A stretch of DNA of 64,000 nucleotides from Fistulifera solaris (taxonomy: Eukaryota). Each line of letters begins with the position of its first letter. Position 1 is the stretch's first letter. Positions 37,567-48,238 of the stretch are shown here, one piece after another. The notes beneath the pieces are model-generated. The model saw only the letters and a program-made list of their open reading frames with translations, had not been told where the DNA came from and ran no database searches. The DNA lies in the NCBI GenBank assembly GCA_030295235.1, contig AP026164.1, positions 992,001-1,056,000 of the forward strand, given 5' to 3'. Both the position numbers and the translations under genes were made by a program.

Positions 37567-37752
37567 AAATGAAGGTACTTAGTCAAGGAGCTGAATCAAC
37601 TAGAAAGATGGTCGCTACTGGATACTTTGTATTCAAACAGGCTTTCCAGCCACGCACGGTGAGATTGGTCATGTCGTCCCCTTGTGAATTCAAACACATT
37701 ATTCGGTAGCTGCAACACCATTAATTATCACTTCTTCAATCACTCTAGCTCA

Positions 37753-38607
37753 TCATTCAACTTCGACTCCAGCGAAATATTCTTTTTTCTTTTTCGATTC
37801 TTCTTGATCCATCTTGCTTAAAGCTAGCTGCATTTCTCTATCGCTTGCCAGCTTGTCGCGCAACACCGCATTATCTCTGGAACGTGTAAGACCTTCTTTG
37901 ATATTATCCACGTTTCGTGAAAATTCATCCGTCCCCAAAAGACTACCCTCCCGGTCTGGATCCCAGCTCGTTGACATGACCGAATACGTAATGCCCTTTG
38001 AAGATAATGAAGCACAAGGATTAGTTGTTAGAATAAAGTACAGCAACCAAAACAATCCATTTTCGTCAAGCTATGCTCTCGACTTACAAGCAAGCCTAGC
38101 ACTAAAATGAGGATTGTTGACGCTGCTACAAGCGATGGCTCAAATGACATATACCGGTACGTCGCCATGTACCAAAAATCCGACGAATACACCCATACTA
38201 AGAAAGAGGGGAATCCCCACAAACGGAATCATTCGCTTTCCCATCCGCTGAGCCACCTTTTCCGGAATAGCCGCCGCTGCTTGCTGTACCTGCTTATCTT
38301 GTTGTAACACTTCGCGAGCTCGCTGCAGCTCGGCATTTTTCTGCTCCGCTCGTTCTCGGCGAATTTTCTCCAACGCCCTTTGACCAGCGTTCATTGCGGG
38401 GGCTGCTGGTTCTTCCCGCATGGGCTGGATAATTGGTGATGATGTCTCTATCTGAAGATTTTTCTCCCTTGTCTGCTTAGATTTCTTCTCTCCGGTATTG
38501 CCAAAGCCTTTCGCAGCATAACAGAAAGTAGGCGGAGGGGGGAGAGGAGACTGAGCAAGAAAAGACTCGACCGTCACAATTAAGAATGTAAAGGCAAAAA
38601 TCCTCAT
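37753..38607 (-). CDS. PAM68: PAM68-family photosystem II assembly protein
   Basis: IPEKVAQRMGKRMIPFVGIP, two TM segments, GITYSVMSTSWDPDREGSLLG; signal ...VES|F; intron 37996-38087; shift in the A run at about 38174-38178. Confidence 0.85.
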
Positions 38608-39517
38608 TATGGTTAACTTCCCCAGTTTGGTACGATATGGCTTAAAATGCAAGCTGCTACTGCTATATTCTCGAGACTGATGGCATTGAACTATTGTGTC
38701 AGGTTGCCGAGCAAAAGCCATACCTGTTAGATACAACGAAATTGATCTGAAGCCGTCAGGACGAAGTTCAACCGCGCACCGCGCACCTTACGCCTTGTGA
38801 AGAGCAGATGACAGACGAAACCGCAACCACGAAAACATCCCCATCCCTATCCCCACATCATCATGTTTGAGGAAACGTGTCGTGGACGCTACCGGGTACG
38901 TAGAATCTTGTACTAGGGGCAGAATTTTAACGTTCCGGTACAGTAACAGGCAACCGATGACGGACTCCTTTGCTTGGTTGATGTTCGTTGTTCATTCCCC
39001 TTCAACAGTTCTTACTACACTGGCATTTTCAAATTATTTTTCCTCCCCTTCCGTGATCTAATGATAATATAATATTATGATCTCCCACGTCCTACGTAGT
39101 ACTGTACCTGGTACCTGGTACTGCAGCTGAGAGATATAGAGGTCCGATCTACTTTGCGTAGAAGTGTTAAATTTTATAGCACATTAAGTTTCGTATCAAT
39201 TCTACAGTATGAAAGTAAAAATAGATTCTTTATCCGGAGTGGCTAATTCGATCCGAGCAACGGAAAGGTATTACGAATGATTCGATCTAAATAACCTTCC
39301 CAAATTTTCCATGCGGTTTTAAATCCAAGATTCTACTAACAAATTTAGCCACGTCGTTGTACCGGATCGATTTTTTGCTCTCTTTTGTGGTCTTCTTTTA
39401 AGTCATTGTCATTGATCACTTGCAATTACAATTTGCTGAAGGTATGTTCATGTTTTCGCTTCTTGGTGTCATCAGCTTAGCAATATTTTGCTTACACTCC
39501 GTGTCTTTTACCTGTAG

Positions 39518-40750
39518 ATGAAGTATACACCCCTCAAAACCGCTGCTCTTTCGCTGGTCGTCTGCGCCATCATTGGAGGATCCCTCCACGCAGCTGGAAA
39601 GTTTCACACCGCTCCTGCTAGCTCGGCTAACGAGGCATCTTTTGTCGAGCGTGACTTGAGCCGTGTTGCGGACCGCGTTCGTCACAATCGCCACAACCGT
39701 CACAATCGTCACGACCGCGATCACGGACACGATGATGAAGAGCCAGTTGTTAGCTCCGGAAAGGGCAAGAAGAGTGGTAAGGGCAAGCGAAGCCTCGAGG
39801 AAGAGGAGCGCGACTTGAGCCGTGTTGCGGACCGCGTTCGTCACAATCGCCACAACCGTCACAATCGTCACGACCGCGATCACGGACACGACGATGAAGA
39901 GCCAGTTGTTAGCTCCGGAAAGGGCAAGAAGAGTGGTAAGGGCAAGCGAAGCCTCGAGGAAGAGGAGCGCGACTTGAGCCGTGTTGCGGACCGCGTTCGT
40001 CACAATCGCCACAACCGTCACAATCGTCACGACCGCGATCACGGACACGACGATGAAGAGCCAGTTGTTAGCTCCGGAAAGGGCAAGAAGAGTGGTAAGG
40101 GCAAGCGAAGCCTCGAGGAAGAGGAGCGCGACTTGAGCCGTGTTGCGGACCGCGTTCGTCACAATCGCCACAACCGTCACAATCGTCACGACCGCGATCA
40201 CGGACACGACGATGAAGAGCCAGTTGTTAGCTCCGGAAAGGGCAAGAAGAGTGGTAAGGGCAAGCGAAGCCTCGAGGAAGAGGAGCGCGACTTGAGCCGT
40301 GTTGCGGACCGCGTTCGTCACAATCGCCACAACCGTCACAATCGTCACGACCGCGATCACGGACACGATGATGAAGAGCCAGTTGTTAGCTCCGGAAAGG
40401 GCAAGAAGAGTGGTAAGGGCAAGCGAAGCCTCGAGGAGGAGGAGCGCGACTTGAGCCGTGTTGCGGACCGCGTTCGTCACAATCGCCACAACCGTCACAA
40501 TCGTCACGACCGCGATCACGGACACGACGATGAAGAGCCAGTTGTTAGCTCCGGAAAGGGCAAGAAGAGTGGTAAGGGCAAGCGAAGCCTCGAGGAAGAG
40601 GAGCGCGACTTGAGCCGTGTTGCGGACCGCGTTCGTCACAATCGCCACAACCGTCACAATCGTCACGACCGCGATCACGGACACGATGATGAAGAGCCAG
40701 TTGTTAGCTCCGGAAAGGGCAAGAAGAGTGGTAAGGGTAAAAGAGACTAA
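39518..40750 (+). CDS. Secreted repetitive polyprotein A (silaffin-like): 7 x 53-aa His/Arg/Asp-rich + KXXK units with RXL sites
   Basis: Signal-like MKYTPLKTAALSLVVCAIIGGSLHA; unit RDLSRVADRVRHNRHNRHNRHDRDHGHDDEEPVVSSGKGKKSGKGKRSLEEEE; intact 410-aa ORF. Confidence 0.85.
   Translation: MKYTPLKTAALSLVVCAIIGGSLHAAGKFHTAPASSANEASFVERDLSRVADRVRHNRHNRHNRHDRDHGHDDEEPVVSSGKGKKSGKGKRSLEEEERDLSRVADRVRHNRHNRHNRHDRDHGHDDEEPVVSSGKGKKSGKGKRSLEEEERDLSRVADRVRHNRHNRHNRHDRDHGHDDEEPVVSSGKGKKSGKGKRSLEEEERDLSRVADRVRHNRHNRHNRHDRDHGHDDEEPVVSSGKGKKSGKGKRSLEEEERDLSRVADRVRHNRHNRHNRHDRDHGHDDEEPVVSSGKGKKSGKGKRSLEEEERDLSRVADRVRHNRHNRHNRHDRDHGHDDEEPVVSSGKGKKSGKGKRSLEEEERDLSRVADRVRHNRHNRHNRHDRDHGHDDEEPVVSSGKGKKSGKGKRD
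39650..40741 (+). repeat. 159-bp coding tandem repeat, about 7 copies
   Basis: cgcgacttgagccgtgttgcggacc recurs every 159 nt; only a few synonymous differences between copies. Confidence 0.95.
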
Positions 40751-41570
40751 TGTTAGATTGGTGGTGTGTTTGCACGAGGCACTATGAATAGATAACTATT
40801 CATAATCACACATCCTTATTTTAGTTGAATGTGGCGCCATTGAAAAACATTGATAGATCCCTAACTTTGAACGGTGAGTCTTGTTGAAATAAGGGATGCT
40901 AAAACATGAAAATTTTCTAGACCTAGACCCTAGTTAAAATATATATTATGATGAAAAACTTTTCCTATCCACAATGATCAATGATGGCGCCTGTAACAAA
41001 AAGCATTAAAAAGTCGGAGTATCAAAACGATCCCTCATTTCGTGACAGAAACTGCCAGTCGTCTTACTGCTTGTTGTTGATGTATGACCGCATGATTAAC
41101 TATAGGTTTTAGTAGTGGGTCTCTTGGAACTGGGCTCCCTCTAGCTAGGGAGTCCGGAGTCCGTCAAACCATCACCGGTCACCGGTCTAGATCGAGGGTG
41201 GCAAACCGCAAATAGGAAATAGGGCAAAGTCAAAGTGCATGTCATTGGTCATCGGCAAATAAGTCAGTCATCCTCAGTCGTCAGTCAATCGTCATGCCGC
41301 TTTTGTTTTTGGCCGCGATGTACTTGTAACTTGTACGCAACTACCACATTTGTCAAAACAACTCGGACGCCTATGATGACAAACATATGGATTTTTTATC
41401 AGGGATCATGACTGCCCTAGCTTGTTTCTCACTCACATCTCACATGCGCATCGGTATTCAGTCTTTAAGTCAAATTAATCATTACACAGTCACATACGTT
41501 TTACCAGCTACCGGTACCAGGTACCGGTACCAGCAAACCTTGACTTAAACTTTCAGCTTTCAGGGAAGGA

Positions 41571-41635
41571 CGTTAAAATTCTGCCTCCCAGTACAAGATT
41601 CTACCTAGCGTCTACGACGAGGCAGAATTTTAACG
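41571..41635. repeat. 17-bp perfect inverted repeat with 31-nt spacer
   Basis: cgttaaaattctgcctc (41571-41587) and gaggcagaattttaacg (41619-41635). Confidence 0.85.
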
Positions 41636-42200
41636 CCGTTCCCACCGAGAGAAGATAACGACGTTGACCATTGACCACAGTCACTTCAGCACTTTTAAGT
41701 CTGAGAGTTTAGAGTGGCTTTGTACGTCATAGTCATTGTCATGTATCATCAACATTCTTTCAAAAATTAGAAGCAGAAACCGAAGCTTGAATCTTTGTCA
41801 TACAGTAAAGCGGAGTGTGTCTGAGCAAAATTGGTGTTGACTGCGACAAATTGATTGAGGTATAAAGAATGTAACGGAAATTTATGCATGTGGCAACATA
41901 AGTGTTCATCGTGTGTGTCGTGTTTTGAAAGTCAATTGGGGATTTCTAAACAATATTGGCAGGTTGCTGCCTAACGGTTCGAATTATTGGCGTCTCGATG
42001 ATTCGTGCACATTATTTTGCTGTTCAACACAATCTTCTTTTTACAATCATTTGCACAAATCACAATTAATCGATAAGATACAAAGAAGATCTATCAATTG
42101 CACCTTTCTCGAATCGAAGGTAGGTAATCGAAGCGGTGCTAGATGTCCATGAGAAATCATTCCTGATACCGCAATGTCCTCTTTTCTACTGATATGAAAG

Positions 42201-44126
42201 ATGAAATACAATGCTACAAAAACTGCTGTTGGGTCGCTTGTGCTGCTGGCTATCATCGGTGGATCTATCCGCGCTAGTAACCGGTTAAGCTTGTCTTCAA
42301 CCCAAGAAGTAAGCGATGAGTCAGGTCGTACACTTAGCCGCCTTGGAAGTCGCTTTCACAACCGTCATCACGGACACCACGATGAGGAGCCGGAGATCAG
42401 TTCGGGCAAGGGCAAGAAGACCGGAAAGGCCGGAAAGGGAAAGCGCAATCTTGAGGAAGAGGACCGCGATCTAGGCCGCCTGAAAGACTTCATGCACCGC
42501 GACCATGGAGACCACGGCGATCACGGACACCACGATGAGGAGCCGGAGGTCAGTTCGGGCAAGGGCAAGAAGACCGGAAAGGCCGGAAAGGGAAAGCGCA
42601 ATCTTGAGGAAGAGGACCGCGATCTAGGCCGCCTGAAAGACTTCATGCACCGCGACCATGGAGACCACGGCGATCACGGACACCACGATGAGGAGCCGGA
42701 GGTCAGTTCGGGCAAGGGCAAGAAGACCGGAAAGGCCGGAAAGGGAAAGCGCAATCTTGAGGAAGAGGACCGCGATCTAGGCCGCCTGAAAGACTTCATG
42801 CACCGCGACCATGGAGACCACGGCGATCACGGACACCACGATGAGGAGCCGGAGGTCAGTTCGGGCAAGGGCAAGAAGACCGGAAAGGCCGGAAAGGGAA
42901 AGCGCAATCTTGAGGAAGAGGACCGCGATCTAGGCCGCCTGAAAGACTTCATGCACCGCGACCATGGAGACCACGGCGATCACGGACACCACGATGAGGA
43001 GCCGGAGGTCAGTTCGGGCAAGGGCAAGAAGACCGGAAAGGCCGGAAAGGGAAAGCGCAATCTTGAGGAAGAGGACCGCGATCTAGGCCGCCTGAAAGAC
43101 TTCATGCACCGCGACCATGGAGACCACGGCGATCACGGACACCACGATGAGGAGCCGGAGGTCAGTTCGGGCAAGGGCAAGAAGACCGGAAAGGCCGGAA
43201 AGGGAAAGCGCAATCTTGAGGAAGAGGACCGCGATCTAGGCCGCCTGAAAGACTTCATGCACCGCGACCATGGAGACCACGGCGATCACGGACACCACGA
43301 TGAGGAGCCGGAGGTCAGTTCGGGCAAGGGCAAGAAGACCGGAAAGGCCGGAAAGGGAAAGCGCAATCTTGAGGAAGAGGACCGCGATCTAGGCCGCCTG
43401 AAAGACTTCATGCACCGCGACCATGGAGACCACGGCGATCACGGACACCACGATGAGGAGCCGGAGATCAGTTCGGGCAAGGGCAAGAAGACCGGAAAGG
43501 CCGGAAAGGGAAAGCGCAATCTTGAGGAAGAGGACCGCGATCTAGGCCGCCTGAAAGACTTCATGCACCGCGACCATGGAGACCACGGCGATCACGGACA
43601 CCACGATGAGGAGCCGGAGGTCAGTTCGGGCAAGGGCAAGAAGACCGGAAAGGCCGGAAAGGGAAAGCGCAATCTTGAGGAAGAGGACCGCGATCTAGGC
43701 CGCCTGAAAGACTTCATGCACCGCGACCATGGAGACCACGGCGATCACGGACACCACGATGAGGAGCCGGAGGTCAGTTCGGGCAAGGGCAAGAAGACCG
43801 GAAAGGCCGGAAAGGGAAAGCGCAATCTTGAGGAAGAGGACCGCGATCTAGGCCGCCTGAAAGACTTCATGCACCGCGACCATGGAGACCACGGCGATCA
43901 CGGACACCACGATGAGGAGCCGGAGGTCAGTTCGGGCAAGGGCAAGAAGACCGGAAAGGCCGGAAAGGGAAAGCGCAATCTTGAGGAAGAGGACCGCGAT
44001 CTAGGCCGCCTGAAAGACTTCATGCACCGCGACCATGGAGACCACGGCGATCACGGACACCACGATGAGGAGCCGGAGGTCAGTTCGGGCAAGGGCAAGA
44101 AGAGCGGAAAGGGCAAAAGAGACTAA
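42201..44126 (+). CDS. Secreted repetitive polyprotein B (paralog of A): 1 variant + 11 x 51-aa His/Asp/Gly-rich + KXXK units with RXL sites
   Basis: Signal-like MKYNATKTAVGSLVLLAIIGGSIRA; unit RDLGRLKDFMHRDHGDHGDHGHHDEEPEVSSGKGKKTGKAGKGKRNLEEED; ends in the same KGKKSGKGKRD* as gene A. Confidence 0.85.
   Translation: MKYNATKTAVGSLVLLAIIGGSIRASNRLSLSSTQEVSDESGRTLSRLGSRFHNRHHGHHDEEPEISSGKGKKTGKAGKGKRNLEEEDRDLGRLKDFMHRDHGDHGDHGHHDEEPEVSSGKGKKTGKAGKGKRNLEEEDRDLGRLKDFMHRDHGDHGDHGHHDEEPEVSSGKGKKTGKAGKGKRNLEEEDRDLGRLKDFMHRDHGDHGDHGHHDEEPEVSSGKGKKTGKAGKGKRNLEEEDRDLGRLKDFMHRDHGDHGDHGHHDEEPEVSSGKGKKTGKAGKGKRNLEEEDRDLGRLKDFMHRDHGDHGDHGHHDEEPEVSSGKGKKTGKAGKGKRNLEEEDRDLGRLKDFMHRDHGDHGDHGHHDEEPEVSSGKGKKTGKAGKGKRNLEEEDRDLGRLKDFMHRDHGDHGDHGHHDEEPEISSGKGKKTGKAGKGKRNLEEEDRDLGRLKDFMHRDHGDHGDHGHHDEEPEVSSGKGKKTGKAGKGKRNLEEEDRDLGRLKDFMHRDHGDHGDHGHHDEEPEVSSGKGKKTGKAGKGKRNLEEEDRDLGRLKDFMHRDHGDHGDHGHHDEEPEVSSGKGKKTGKAGKGKRNLEEEDRDLGRLKDFMHRDHGDHGDHGHHDEEPEVSSGKGKKSGKGKRD
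42368..44103 (+). repeat. 153-bp coding tandem repeat, about 11.3 copies
   Basis: gaccgcgatctaggccgcctgaaagacttc recurs every 153 nt. Confidence 0.95.
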
Positions 44127-44740
44127 GATGACTAGACCAGCGACTTGCTAGAGTGACGATCACTTGCATAACAACGGCAGTGCGACTACGGTACTTTGTC
44201 CATCGGTTGAAATATATCTCATCCCATAATAGTAATGATAATAGATATTTCATGTGTTTCTTTTCATTGTGTGCTTCAGAATCCTGCTTGTTGATTAGCA
44301 ATCCCACGGTTTTCACGATTTGGTTGAGGTACCGCAACAGTTATATTGCAACCTTCAATAAACGCCGATAACGATTATTCCTATTATATGCACTCTATAT
44401 GACTTGTCCATCAAATAATAAGATTATGTTCGTCGTTTCGCCATTTACCACACGCTCTGTGAGATGGAGCTACAAGCAGCTACATGTAAGGAGAGGACTA
44501 AAATTAGGAGAGTCCTTTTAAAACCGGTACGATTACTGGACACTACAGCGGAGAGTGTGAAAATAACCGTTCTGGCGATTGCGTCATTTTGTCGTGCTGA
44601 AAACTGTCGTTGAAAATGTGAACTCGACTTAGACAACAACCATGGGCTTCGGTCATTGAAATCGGAAAGCGAGTCCTTTCAAAGAACTGATTATATCCAT
44701 TGTTTTCTCCAAGAACTGGTTTTGCTGATAATTGGAGATC

Positions 44741-46390
44741 ATGGCACTCGCTTCGAAGCGCAACAATGCCTCCAGCATGGAGAGAATCGTTGGCCTGTCG
44801 TTGCTGATATTGCTCGGTCTTTATTGCATGCTGACTGTCTTTGCGTATTACAAAGTATCACAATCGGACCCTGGTTTACCTCTAGTGCAATCTACTTTTG
44901 TGACTGCCGCTTCCTCAAACGAAGTGCCTTATCAACGGCAAATGGTTGCAGATACGAATAAAATTTCTAGCATCAGCGAACTGCAGAATGCTTTTCCGAT
45001 TTACGTCGGCAAGGACGTGGAAACAATCATTCATCCCGGAGTACAAGTCTTGTCGCCTACCGCCCTTACAAAATGGCCCGACGATCTCCCGAAAAATATG
45101 TCAGTACCGCAGTTTTTCGACGATTCTCATGGTCACTTGTACGGTGGGTCCATCCGCGAATTCTTGGGGAATAATGGCGAAAAACTCATCACACCGGAAC
45201 AGGCCGCAAAGATAGGCAGTAAAATAACTGTTAGAGGTAAAGAAGTGGAAACGATTTATTGTTCCGTGGCTTCTTATCGCGATCCGGAATGCTCCGGGAC
45301 CGTGGCGGACGTCTTTGAACGAGCGGAATACCCGGAACGAATTCGTGTTGCCATTTTGGACCAACGAGCCGAAGGTGACCCAGTATGCGGTGCTGCCGAT
45401 TGCGACGCAGACCCGAATCAGACGCTTTGCAAGTATGCCCATCTGATCGAACACACGTCTTTGGACGCTCGTCTCTCGTGCGGTCCGGTATTTGCTCGCC
45501 ATTTGGCTCACCGTCACTATCGAGGTGAATACTTCGCTATGCAGATCGACTCACATGTACGCTTCATTGAAAACTGGGACAGTAAGATTGTCGGATTTTG
45601 GCATTCTGCGAACAACGAAATGGCTGTTCTCACTACGTATCTTTCTGACATAAATGGCTCGATCGACCCGATTACTCACGAATCTCTGCACAAAACTCGC
45701 CCTATCATGTGCGCATCCGATTATGAAGGTAATGGCGAATATAGACATCTGCGACACGGCCAACAGCCTGAAGGTATTCCCATGATTAAAGGAGAACCAA
45801 CGTTAGAGCCTTTCTGGGCGGCCGGGTTTTCATTTTCTCGCGGTCATTTTGTCATCCAGGTCCCTTATGATATGTATCTGCCCATGGTATTTCAAGGCGA
45901 AGAAATCAGCATCGGGCTGCGTGGATTTACTTTCGGGTACGATTATTACACCCCTGAGGAAGGTGTGTGCTTCCATATGTATGCAATCAAAGAAAATGAA
46001 GCGAAGAGGAAGAAAGTTCCTTTGTTTTGGGAGAATAGTTCAATGTACACCGGAGTCGGAATGAAAGCGATGCGCCGATTAAACACAATAATTGGGATGG
46101 AAAACTACCCACGAGATCAATGGCAGACTGACGAAGAGGAGAAATATGGCCTGGGAAAAGTTCGGACCACGCGAAAATTCTTCGACGTGTTTGGCATTCA
46201 TCCCGAGAAGCACACGGTTGAGCAACATTTATGTCGTTTTGTGGGCCAGCCAATGATGAAAGAATTGAAACCGCATTTACGTTCAGATCGCATGGGTATC
46301 GACTACGATTCTGTCACATATCGCTACGTGGACACCGGCTCAGTCAACAACAAACACATTCCAGTAGGTGTGAAGAAGGCTGCGGCATAA
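44741..46390 (+). CDS. GT60/Gnt1-like polypeptide GlcNAc transferase, type II membrane protein
   Basis: TIYCSVASYRDPEC, GPVFARHLA, YRGEYFAMQIDSHVRF, FWAAGFSFSRGH, VPYD...FQGEE; N-terminal TM IVGLSLLILLGLYCMLTVFAYY. Confidence 0.88.
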   Translation: MALASKRNNASSMERIVGLSLLILLGLYCMLTVFAYYKVSQSDPGLPLVQSTFVTAASSNEVPYQRQMVADTNKISSISELQNAFPIYVGKDVETIIHPGVQVLSPTALTKWPDDLPKNMSVPQFFDDSHGHLYGGSIREFLGNNGEKLITPEQAAKIGSKITVRGKEVETIYCSVASYRDPECSGTVADVFERAEYPERIRVAILDQRAEGDPVCGAADCDADPNQTLCKYAHLIEHTSLDARLSCGPVFARHLAHRHYRGEYFAMQIDSHVRFIENWDSKIVGFWHSANNEMAVLTTYLSDINGSIDPITHESLHKTRPIMCASDYEGNGEYRHLRHGQQPEGIPMIKGEPTLEPFWAAGFSFSRGHFVIQVPYDMYLPMVFQGEEISIGLRGFTFGYDYYTPEEGVCFHMYAIKENEAKRKKVPLFWENSSMYTGVGMKAMRRLNTIIGMENYPRDQWQTDEEEKYGLGKVRTTRKFFDVFGIHPEKHTVEQHLCRFVGQPMMKELKPHLRSDRMGIDYDSVTYRYVDTGSVNNKHIPVGVKKAAA

Positions 46391-46426
46391 CAATGTAGCC
46401 TTGTAATAACTATAACCGTCTTAAAG

Positions 46427-47937
46427 TCAGTCGGCAGTTCGTAATGTTTTCCAGATTCCTGTTTTGCTTTCATACCGCATCATGCCTAATGCAACCTGTA
46501 CCCCCATAAAGGCTGCCAGAGCGTACCATATTTGTCCAAGGCTCACAGTTGCTCCATTGGCGGCAAGTAAAGTAATCATTCCAACACAAACAACATTCGC
46601 CACCCACATGGCTGTCATACTGAAGACCCAGTCCAGCCCTCCCATGAGAATTCCGTTTACGGGGTACGCAAGTCCTTTTAACACTTGTGTCAGTAAGACT
46701 GCCGGGAAAACTGCCAAGGCTGCTTGCTGGACGGCAATGTTCGTTGTCAGGCCTTTTAAAACGTTGGCACGCCCAAACCAAGTGAATAGAGACAATGTGG
46801 TGGCCACGACACCTCCAAAAATTGTTGAAGAGTTAATCAAATGTCGAACGAGTTCTCGCTTAGGTTTCTTTTGCGAAATTTGACGAGCCATGAGCGTTTG
46901 AACTGCCACAGCCACTGCTTCACATATTTGGGTTGTCGCAAAACCCAATTGAAACGTAAGATTATAAGCAGCTGCCGGTACCGTACCCAATAGGGCTGCT
47001 TGACGGGAACATACGGAATAGGCCAAGACTTTTGCGACCGTGCGGAACATAACAAGGCCGCCCGCTTTCAAGTACTGTTGCAAAGACGTCTTAAGCTGTG
47101 CAAATTGTTTGACAATGTTGATTGGTACTTTTCGATTGAGCGAAAGCATGAGAGGCACCAAGGCAATGTATTGAGCTAGTGCCGTCCCTGCTGCCGCCCC
47201 AGCCGCCCCCAACCAGCAACGAATATAAAGAAGGGATCGAAAACAACATTGAGGAGCGTGAATAGGAGGCTGTAAATCAGAGGCGTCCGTGTATCCCCTA
47301 ACCCACGAAAGATTCCATTGGTGACAAGCCAAAGTGTCGCGGCTGGCGTTCCCAGGGCCCGCACCTGTAAATACGAGACTGCCGAGAACCACATGGGGGA
47401 CGCTGGACCAACACCCATACCTTGCGTGATGGCTCGAGCAAAGAGGAAGAAAACTAACATTTGAATGATCCCGACACTCCCAGCCAGCAACAACGCACTG
47501 CTTACCGCCAAGCTTTGATTCTCATCTTCGGATGACGCCGCTACCAAACTGATACTAGTGCGAAGTAAGGGATCGTTGTAGAGTTTGCTGACGGCATATT
47601 GTGCACTGACAGCGACCCCGGCTCCACCCAAAATCGCTGGACTGAGTCGGCCCAAATAAGCCGTGTCAACAATTGCCGCCAAGGGCTCTGCGGCAAGTTG
47701 CAGCAAAGCGGGTACACCAATTTTGAGAAAATCTTTCGTCAATTCTTTCTTTTCTTGAGCAAGTGCGCTGTGATCTGAATCGTCTTGAGCGGTTGCAATC
47801 GAGGTTGTCAAGAGACTCCTGGACGGCAAAGGCTGGTGCAAGCTCTTGTAACGAATCAGAGTCGTTCTTCTCAAGGAGGGAACATACGATTGCTGTAGCG
47901 ATGGCAATAACAGAAAGATCAATGAAACGAATAGCAT
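46427..47937 (-). CDS. MATE-family transporter with N-terminal presequence
   Basis: AAEPLAAIVDTAYLGRL, GIFRGLGDTRTPL, GAAGAAAGTALAQY; two ORFs joined by a shift near 47200-47215. Confidence 0.9.
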
Positions 47938-48238
47938 TATTGCTGCAATTGATAAGGATTTGCTAGCTATTGGTATTCTATTGTTATTAACTTATGCTTT
48001 AACAAAACATTATTATTTCACATGCGATCTTTTCCTTCCAAAGCATTCATGACTGGAAATGAAGTCGTGGCAGCCGAAAAACCTACATTCTTGAGGTCAT
48101 AATAAATATCTCTATTCTCTATAGTGATCCTTGTCAAAGCAAAATCCCAAAAAACCAGCCATTCGTTTTCACAGAACATGTTTGAATTCTTATTTAATCA
48201 TAAATACACTTAGAATATGCCTAGAGATATTTGAAGCG

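Noticed and set aside
39416..40684. 422-aa hydrophobic repetitive ORF on the minus strand
   Set aside because: Antisense shadow of the 159-bp repeat; the plus-strand ORF has the signal peptide, paralog and synonymous-only variation.
39650..44103. CRISPR-like or non-coding satellite interpretation of the tandem arrays
   Set aside because: No unique spacers; unit lengths are multiples of 3 and lie in intact ORFs.
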